This document shows positions 58,182-64,000 of a DNA stretch of 64,000 bases, in pieces. This DNA comes from a virus. Taxonomy: Duplodnaviria > Caudoviricetes. The position numbers were made by a program, and so were the translations under genes. Location: positions 42,381-106,380 of the IMG/VR virus record IMGVR_UViG_3300014205_000187; one strand, given 5' to 3'. The notes beneath the pieces are model-generated. The model did not search any database, was not told the origin of the DNA, and saw nothing but the letters and a program-made list of their open reading frames with translations. The first letter of the stretch is position 1. Every line of letters starts with the position of its first letter.

Positions 58182-58231
58182 AAAGACCCACTCTGCGAGT
58201 GAGGCAACATCAACTCGCAGAGTGGGTCTTT
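58182..58231 (-). terminator. 19-bp perfect hairpin terminator
   Basis: AAAGACCCACTCTGCGAGT-N12-ACTCGCAGAGTGGGTCTTT. Confidence 0.8.
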
Positions 58232-58257
58232 GCTATTTTACAATACTCAGCTCTGTT

Positions 58258-58524
58258 TTACCTGTCCTTTGGAACAAAACGAGCTTTGAACTCAGCTAAC
58301 TCCACGACATACAGCCGGTAACTTTCCTCGATCATGGCGGCATCGGCATCAGGAAGCATGGAGCTTATCAAACCAAACCCGCCGACTTCGTATATTCGCA
58401 GTAGGTCTTTTTTGCCGTCTACATCGCTAATAAGCGGATGAGTTTGATATACCCGATGCACAATATCCCATTCTTCATCGGTGATATAGTGCTTTATTGC
58501 GCGTTCCCACTCTGACTTCATCAT
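58258..58524 (-). CDS. hypothetical protein
   Basis: ATGA-coupled to the 58521 ORF. Confidence 0.65.
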   Translation of the reverse strand: MMKSEWERAIKHYITDEEWDIVHRVYQTHPLISDVDGKKDLLRIYEVGGFGLISSMLPDADAAMIEESYRLYVVELAEFKARFVPKDR

Positions 58525-59285
58525 GACTGCACCACCAAACTGACATAGCCGCCTTCACCCTCGGCCATGTATGCTTTTACCAAGTTCAATTTACGCTTGG
58601 CGAAGAACTTACGAAGAACGCTTCGCACGTTGTACGGCTCTTCTCCTTGCGCTATTTGACGTTCCATCATTCCCCACACTAAACGAGGATTGCCAAACGG
58701 AACTTCGGCGAATGCTTGATGAAACAGAGTAGGTACGAAACTGTTTTCCCGAAAGTGCATCAGGTAGTGATCGAACATAAGCTCTTTATGCCCTTGAGCT
58801 TCAAAACGGCATCCCCAACAATCGGCATCGGACACTTCGGGAAGTCCATTCCGCATGATATGCGCGGTATAAGCGGTTATGTACCGACTTACCATGCGGT
58901 CAATTCTCTTTTTAGCCTTTTCAACTTCCTCTGCATCGTACTTGCTCTTGGAGACAATCTCAACATCGGTTTCAGTAACTCGTACCTGTATACCGTCTTC
59001 AAACATTCCCAGGTTATCCCCTGCATGGTAGATGTACCACAAACCGTTATCCTGCCAGATATTGAAAACAGGTAACAACGTGTTAAATCTATCCTTTGTG
59101 GTAGCAGTTCTAAAACCGCCGGAATTGAGGGTATACGTGCCATCAGACTCTATGCGGATAATATCAGTATCCCAGAACCGTACAATGAGCGTTTCCCCCT
59201 CTAAACGTAAAACTGTGTTCCTTGCTAACTTCTTACTCGCACCACGCGCTTTGTCGAGTAGCATACGCCCTTCTTGATAGTTCAT
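58521..59285 (-). CDS. hypothetical protein
   Basis: KLARNT..LNSGGFRTATTKDRFN; GGAGG RBS. Confidence 0.75.
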   Translation of the reverse strand: MNYQEGRMLLDKARGASKKLARNTVLRLEGETLIVRFWDTDIIRIESDGTYTLNSGGFRTATTKDRFNTLLPVFNIWQDNGLWYIYHAGDNLGMFEDGIQVRVTETDVEIVSKSKYDAEEVEKAKKRIDRMVSRYITAYTAHIMRNGLPEVSDADCWGCRFEAQGHKELMFDHYLMHFRENSFVPTLFHQAFAEVPFGNPRLVWGMMERQIAQGEEPYNVRSVLRKFFAKRKLNLVKAYMAEGEGGYVSLVVQS

Positions 59286-59324
59286 GACTTCCTCCGTTAA
59301 TTGAATATATGCTTAACTACATTA

Positions 59325-59370
59325 AGTATACTTGCAAGAATCGTACCTTGTCACCTGTTAAAAATACTAG
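59325..59370 (-). promoter_or_regulatory. cassette promoter 4
   Basis: GGTACGATTCTTGC then TATACT. Confidence 0.75.
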
Positions 59371-59435
59371 GATTTGAAACGAGGTCTATTTTACAATACC
59401 ACACGAAAGTACTAGCTAGTACTTTCTTTTTATAA

Positions 59436-59477
59436 AGAAAACCTGGTAAAATTACCAGCAGGTAAGATTACCAGGCC
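59436..59477 (-). terminator. terminator built from two tandem 16-bp motifs
   Basis: Minus strand CCTGGTAA..TTACCAGG followed by TTTTCTTT. Confidence 0.7.
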
Positions 59478-59481
59478 ACTA

Positions 59482-59691
59482 TTACTGCTGTATCTCGAAC
59501 AACTCCAACTTACGGATAGCGGCGACCTTGTTCTTTACCCCAAGTTTGCCATACACATGGGCGATATGAAAGTCAACTGTTCGCTTTGACAAATAGAGCT
59601 TTTCGGCGATGTCCTTAGACTTCAAACCGTCTGCTACCAACTCCATGACTTCTCGCTCTCTTTTCGTCAATTGTACCGTATCTGTTGCCAT
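59482..59691 (-). CDS. stand-alone LuxR/GerE-type HTH protein
   Basis: LTKREREVMELVADGLKSKDIAEKLYLSKRTVDFHIAHVYGKLGV. Confidence 0.92.
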   Translation of the reverse strand: MATDTVQLTKREREVMELVADGLKSKDIAEKLYLSKRTVDFHIAHVYGKLGVKNKVAAIRKLELFEIQQ

Positions 59692-59773
59692 GATAAGCTC
59701 CTTTTAGTGTGATGTTGCTTCAACTACGTTCGATTTAATCAGATTTCAATGCACTTCTGCTAAAACTACGTTT

Positions 59774-60310
59774 TTACACGATGTCCCACACAATAGACGT
59801 TTTCCACGTAAAACCGTATGAGAAGTCATCTTCCGTGAACTTCGCTTCGATGTCGCATAGAGTCTGGTTTCCATGATCGTTGGTGACAATGACACTTTTA
59901 GGCAGTTTGCCATCTTCAACAAGCATGGTATCCAGCTCTGACAAGTCGGATACTTCGTGAAGTGTTCCCTCTCGAATGTCTTCACGTATAGAGTCATCGT
60001 CAACCCACACCCCATAATCAGCAGCGTCGCCAGGATGGGTACCAAAGTAGGTGTACGACGGGCAATAATCGTAAAGCATATTCATGAGTTCGTCAACTAT
60101 CTCAGACAGACAATTAACAATATCATCTAACTCCAGAGTCGAATGGTTTGTTCGTTTGCCGTCTAAGTAGTTGAAGTACTTCCGATTAGCCCAATGGTAC
60201 GACTTTGCCCGTTTAGGGTCTACACCCCCCAAAATCGCCATAAAGCTGGGTATCAAGTCTTCTTCAAGCATAGTGCCCGATGATACAGAACCTAATTCTA
60301 AAGTTTCCAT
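59774..60310 (-). CDS. hypothetical protein
   Basis: Cassette leader; YFGTHPGDAADYGVW. Confidence 0.75.
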   Translation of the reverse strand: METLELGSVSSGTMLEEDLIPSFMAILGGVDPKRAKSYHWANRKYFNYLDGKRTNHSTLELDDIVNCLSEIVDELMNMLYDYCPSYTYFGTHPGDAADYGVWVDDDSIREDIREGTLHEVSDLSELDTMLVEDGKLPKSVIVTNDHGNQTLCDIEAKFTEDDFSYGFTWKTSIVWDIV

Positions 60311-60340
60311 GCAGATACCCTCCAATTGAGTATATACCTA

Positions 60341-60385
60341 AGTATAAAGCATAAAACGTGCCGTGTCACCTGTAAAATATACCAG
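60341..60385 (-). promoter_or_regulatory. cassette promoter 5
   Basis: GGCACGTTTTATGC then TATACT. Confidence 0.75.
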
Positions 60386-60440
60386 GATTTAAGTATTTAT
60401 ACTTCCTGCCACAAGTACTAGCTAGTACTTTCTTTTTATA

Positions 60441-60485
60441 AAGAAAAGCCTGGTAATTCTACCTGCATAGTAAAATTACCAGGCC
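60441..60485 (-). terminator. terminator built from two tandem 16-bp motifs
   Basis: GCCTGGTAATT..AATTACCAGGC followed by TTTTCTTT. Confidence 0.75.
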
Positions 60486-60492
60486 GCTGCTG

Positions 60493-60909
60493 TTACACCC
60501 ATTTATGCCGCAGTGCGTACCCGCCATCCGAATGCTGATGTGGGGTATAATCACGGTCGCCGTTGCTGTGATCGTTTGACGGGCAGCTCTTACCTATACA
60601 CTCGAAGTTATCTTTGAAAAGTGTTCGGCTGAGAGAATAAACCACATGAAAGCCCATGTCCATTCCACAGCCTGAAACGCTCAAACATTCACGCTTATCA
60701 TTGAACCGTTCGCCGATTGCTTTACCCACCAAACGACTAATCCACTGAGGTACATTGTCACTCATATAGTAAACATCTATACCCCTACTCATACCACTCT
60801 GAGACCTATACCGAAGAACCGTATACACAGTGTCACCAGGCTTTAAGACCTGCCGTAAATGCTGTATAGCTTCTTGTCTCTCAGCTTCTTTATCGCTCTT
60901 TATCGACAT
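60493..60909 (-). CDS. hypothetical protein
   Basis: SQSGMSR..VSGCGMDMGFHVVY motif seen in small phage proteins. Confidence 0.75.
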   Translation of the reverse strand: MSIKSDKEAERQEAIQHLRQVLKPGDTVYTVLRYRSQSGMSRGIDVYYMSDNVPQWISRLVGKAIGERFNDKRECLSVSGCGMDMGFHVVYSLSRTLFKDNFECIGKSCPSNDHSNGDRDYTPHQHSDGGYALRHKWV

Positions 60910-60951
60910 GCAGATACCCTCCAATTAGTTGTATAACTAAGTCTATACCTA

Positions 60952-60996
60952 ATTATAAGCAATAAACGTGCCAAAGTCTATTGGTAAAAATGCTGG
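60952..60996 (-). promoter_or_regulatory. cassette promoter 6 (perfect sigma54 consensus)
   Basis: TTGGCACGTTTATTGC then TATAAT. Confidence 0.8.
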
Positions 60997-61101
60997 GTTT
61001 TCAGGGATTTTACTGAAGTATAAAGTACTAGCTAGTACTTCACACAGGCACAAAACAACCTGGTAAAATTACTGGGTAGTAGTTTTACCAGGCCGCTGCT
61101 G

Positions 61102-61749
61102 TTACTGCTGCAATGGCAATGATATTGTTAATACATCGGGTTCGACATCGGAGAATGTCTCTTTAAGAAGTTCGACAAGATACTCATCTTTATAACTTCC
61201 TTCAAAAGAGTCATATTCCATAATCGCTTCAGCGACAAGAGCCTTGACCATTTCCTCATCTTCGGGTTCCGGTCTATAGAATCCATTGTCGTCAAGCAGT
61301 CGCAGTATATGCGCCGCTTCAGCCATCTTACTGACATCCCACTTCGCCCAATTATCATAAGCGTTGTTTGCCTGCTCCAGTTCACGAGCCATCATGTCCT
61401 CTTCATCTATCACCAGATGCCCATGCCATCGGGTATACATGAACAGCTCATGCAGGCATTCCATAGCTTTGCGGGATGTAGTCTTGACCATGATATGGTC
61501 ATACCAACCTACAGCCCAATGACTTGTATGCATGGTCTCAACGTACTTCGGAGCTGCTTTCTTGAGTGCCCGTAAAACTGCATAATAGTTCGACTGCTCT
61601 AATATGTCCGAATCACGATGCAGTCCGAACGGCGCGAATCCCCAGACTTTCAGGTCAAGCTCACCGGAATACATAAAGTTCCTCGGCTTGGTAAGCATAG
61701 CCTCTTTGAAACCTTCGATAGTCTCATACTTCTTGGTGTCCTCTATCAT
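61102..61749 (-). CDS. hypothetical protein
   Basis: HRDSDILEQSNY, SHWAVGW. Confidence 0.75.
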   Translation of the reverse strand: MIEDTKKYETIEGFKEAMLTKPRNFMYSGELDLKVWGFAPFGLHRDSDILEQSNYYAVLRALKKAAPKYVETMHTSHWAVGWYDHIMVKTTSRKAMECLHELFMYTRWHGHLVIDEEDMMARELEQANNAYDNWAKWDVSKMAEAAHILRLLDDNGFYRPEPEDEEMVKALVAEAIMEYDSFEGSYKDEYLVELLKETFSDVEPDVLTISLPLQQ

Positions 61750-61753
61750 GCTG

Positions 61754-62164
61754 CTACTCCTCTAAGGCATTCGGATAAGGTGGGAGAGTAAAAGGTGGTT
61801 CATTGCATCGGTAGTATTCCATGATACCTTCCCATGCTTCATCATACTCATCAGCTTTACAGCGTTGAGTGGGTAGGTTCGTAACATTCTTAACATCCTG
61901 AACATGCATATAGTCTACAGGGTTTGTAGACACTGCCCATGCCTGCTGAACTTCCTGCTCTACTTCGTCATTGTTTTCGTCATATACCCGAATCACTGCC
62001 TGTAAAGCATGAAGTTCATAAGACGGCGTGAACTCGCAAAGATGCCAATGGATATTCTCATTATAGAGGTATATACCATATATAGCACCTCCGGCCTTCT
62101 CTACAAGTTCAGCATCCCAATACTCGGTCTCATCTATAACTAATACTCTCGGCTTGATATACAT
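61754..62164 (-). CDS. hypothetical acidic protein
   Basis: AATTGGAGAGTATC leader. Confidence 0.7.
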   Translation of the reverse strand: MYIKPRVLVIDETEYWDAELVEKAGGAIYGIYLYNENIHWHLCEFTPSYELHALQAVIRVYDENNDEVEQEVQQAWAVSTNPVDYMHVQDVKNVTNLPTQRCKADEYDEAWEGIMEYYRCNEPPFTLPPYPNALEE

Positions 62165-62205
62165 GATGATACTCTCCAATTGGTAAGACAACTAAGTCTA
62201 TACTT

Positions 62206-62251
62206 AGTATATCGCACATTCCGTGCCAATGGGAATTGGTAAATATACCTG
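62206..62251 (-). promoter_or_regulatory. cassette promoter 7
   Basis: TTGGCACGGAATGTGC then TATACT. Confidence 0.75.
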
Positions 62252-62469
62252 ATTTCAAAAACGAGGTCTATCTTACGCTACCTACATGAATTACTAGCCA
62301 GTACTTTCTTCCCGCAAAACCATCCCCGTATTTCTACGGGGGTGATTTATTAACGATCAAGACAATCCCCACTGCTGCTGCTACTGCTGTCCAGAATGTA
62401 ACGTCCATACCGAATGCAGGATATATCCAAACAGCGCATACAGCCGCTAGAATAACGACCAGAGCCGCC

Positions 62470-62853
62470 TTAGTCAATGCAATGCTCTGGCAGCTCGGCG
62501 TCAAACTCGCTTGCACAGTGAGAGCAGGTCAACTTCTGAGTAGCCGGATAATCGCACATCGTATTGAGCGTTTCACATATCGGACATTCCCATTCATAGC
62601 CCGATGCTACCACGTCTACGCAGCCACTCCATTCAACCGTGTCGGACACTTCGTTAGCTTCAAAAGTGCCATCTTCGTACTCATACTCATCCATGTTCCA
62701 TACTATACGAGCATCCGTGGTCGTAAGTGTTCCATCGGCTATCATTTCCTCGACAAGAGCTTGAGCCGCTTCCTCATTCTCAGCTTCTATAAGCACCTTG
62801 CCGGTCATATAGCCATGCTTCTCGACATCTACAACATACCGAATTGTCTCCAT
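62470..62853 (-). CDS. acidic zinc-ribbon protein
   Basis: AAGGAGG RBS; WECPIC..CSHC. Confidence 0.7.
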   Translation of the reverse strand: METIRYVVDVEKHGYMTGKVLIEAENEEAAQALVEEMIADGTLTTTDARIVWNMDEYEYEDGTFEANEVSDTVEWSGCVDVVASGYEWECPICETLNTMCDYPATQKLTCSHCASEFDAELPEHCID

Positions 62854-62863
62854 GTATTCCTCC

Positions 62864-63055
62864 TTAACCTATATCGAAAACATCAGTAGCGTCAAAGTAT
62901 CCCTGAAACTTGTGACCACACTTCTGGCATATCAAATGCTTTCGTGCAGTCTCATTGTCGAAGTTGCACATGGTATGATACTCACCACAATCAGGACATT
63001 CCCATTCAAACCTCGCTATGATGACATTCACCCTTTCGAGTCGTTTTTTACTCAT
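62864..63055 (-). CDS. zinc-ribbon protein
   Basis: WECPDC..CQKC. Confidence 0.65.
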   Translation of the reverse strand: MSKKRLERVNVIIARFEWECPDCGEYHTMCNFDNETARKHLICQKCGHKFQGYFDATDVFDIG

Positions 63056-63297
63056 CGTGCATCCGTCCAGACTGTACCATCGTCATGCAGGTCAAGAACC
63101 TGCCCGTCCAGTTCTCCGGTAAGACCCGCTTCAAGCATACCTGTAGCGATATTCTCAATACAGCCATGCTCAACTGCGATAGCTTCGCCAAGTGTTTGAC
63201 GATCTTCGGGTAAATGTTCCTCAACCCATTCCTGAGCTTCAGGGGTATTCAGGAACAAAAGATAAATGGTACCGTGATTATTGATTCTAAAGTCCAT
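63052..63297 (-). CDS. hypothetical protein
   Basis: NHGTIYLL..AQEWVEEHL..IAVEH. Confidence 0.7.
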   Translation of the reverse strand: MDFRINNHGTIYLLFLNTPEAQEWVEEHLPEDRQTLGEAIAVEHGCIENIATGMLEAGLTGELDGQVLDLHDDGTVWTDAR

Positions 63298-63298
63298 T

Positions 63299-63697
63299 TT
63301 ACACCCCTAACTTTCGATAAGCACACAGCTCACCACTCGGATGGTAGCGAACCGTGATACCTTTTGTGAATGCGGTCTCAGTGTCGGGTACGATTCCCTC
63401 ATGATCAGCACATTCCGCTAAAGCATCAGCAATGGCGTTCCCGATTTTAGCCTGCACTCCACGATAAGTACTCACAGGTTCAGAGTATTCCAATTCCACA
63501 CTGAACTTACTCGACTGTGAACCTTCCTCAACACGCTCTACGGTGAAGTCTTCCAAACCATCAGGCATGACTTCTACCTCGTTGGCAAAGCTGTCAAAGA
63601 GGTCACAAACGCCATCTACGGCCTTCTGACGTTCCTCCTCCGTCAAGTCACGTTGAAAGTTCAATTCGACTGTGACATTGACAACATTTCTTTCCAT
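63299..63697 (-). CDS. hypothetical acidic protein
   Basis: AATTAGGAGGTATC leader. Confidence 0.7.
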   Translation of the reverse strand: MERNVVNVTVELNFQRDLTEEERQKAVDGVCDLFDSFANEVEVMPDGLEDFTVERVEEGSQSSKFSVELEYSEPVSTYRGVQAKIGNAIADALAECADHEGIVPDTETAFTKGITVRYHPSGELCAYRKLGV

Positions 63698-63728
63698 GTT
63701 GATACCTCCTAATTAGTTATCCTACTAA

Positions 63729-63773
63729 AGTATAACGCATAAAGTGTGCCCTGTCTGCTGGTATATTTACCAG
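63729..63773 (-). promoter_or_regulatory. cassette promoter 8
   Basis: GGCACACTTTATGC then TATACT; CTGGTATATTTACCAG upstream. Confidence 0.75.
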
Positions 63774-63831
63774 ATTTCAAAAACGAGGTCTATCTTACGA
63801 TACCACACGAAAGTACTAGCTAGTACTTCTA

Positions 63832-63999
63832 TCAGGTAAGGGCAGGACTTGATACATCCTCCAAGACAAACTCCAATGCCTTCTCAGCCGTCTTCTCATC
63901 GGTTCCAGGCCATTCTTCCTGAACCATAGATACAGTAGGAAAACGGCGTACTTTTACGTTGACCGCCGGATGAGAATGTCTAGCAGGATTATCCCTATG
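63832..63999 (-). CDS. 3' end of a hypothetical gene running off the window
   Basis: Open frame ..PAVNVKVRRFP..ALT* ending next to the palindrome. Confidence 0.5.
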   Translation of the reverse strand, partial: HRDNPARHSHPAVNVKVRRFPTVSMVQEEWPGTDEKTAEKALEFVLEDVSSPALT

Positions 64000-64000
64000 A

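Larger units (their letters stand above)
57329..63828. repeat. dispersed 18-bp perfect palindrome AAGTACTAGCTAGTACTT
   Basis: Exact copies at 57329, 58148, 59407, 60413, 61023, 63811; degenerate copy at 62289. Confidence 0.95.

Noticed and set aside
57329-63828. Repeated palindromes as a CRISPR array or integron attC sites
   Set aside because: Spacing is 0.6-1.5 kb with whole genes between; no cas genes or integron integrase; no RYYYAAC/GTTRRRY box architecture.

Overview
A 64-kb segment of a tailed dsDNA phage genome; no integrase or repressor cassette is visible in the window. Plus strand, 1-55.5 kb: replication and nucleotide genes (intein-containing SNF2 helicase, UDG-fused family A DNA polymerase, VRR-NUC, PD-(D/E)XK nuclease, class II RNR, dNMP kinase), then terminase and a T4-like portal. 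These are followed by a single ORF fusing a T4 gp21-like protease to a gp23-like major capsid protein, a lambda-style tail module (tail tube, -1 frameshifted chaperone, tape measure), tail-tip proteins, a GT9 glycosyltransferase, EndoVII-type homing nucleases, lysis candidates, DNA ligase, Nudix and an HldE-like nucleotidyltransferase. Minus strand, 55.8-64 kb: an array of small hypothetical genes. Most striking observations: (1) that array is built from a repeated regulatory cassette with eight exact sigma54-type GG-N10-GC elements overlapping sigma70 -10 boxes, a fixed-position 16-bp operator, a helically phased 18-bp palindrome and operator-derived terminators; (2) a TnpA-less, catalytically intact TnpB element whose removal exactly restores the upstream tail gene's C-terminus, predicting TAM TTAG, the guide, and RNA-guided homing; (3) a capsid polyprotein with duplicated internal translation starts; (4) a stand-alone, catalytically dead Hint-fold gene abutting terminase; (5) a tmRNA/tRNA-like structured element; (6) two secreted proteins, one with a domain I recognise from Armatimonadota surface proteins, suggesting that host phylum (inference). 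All calls are by eye from motifs; no searches were run.
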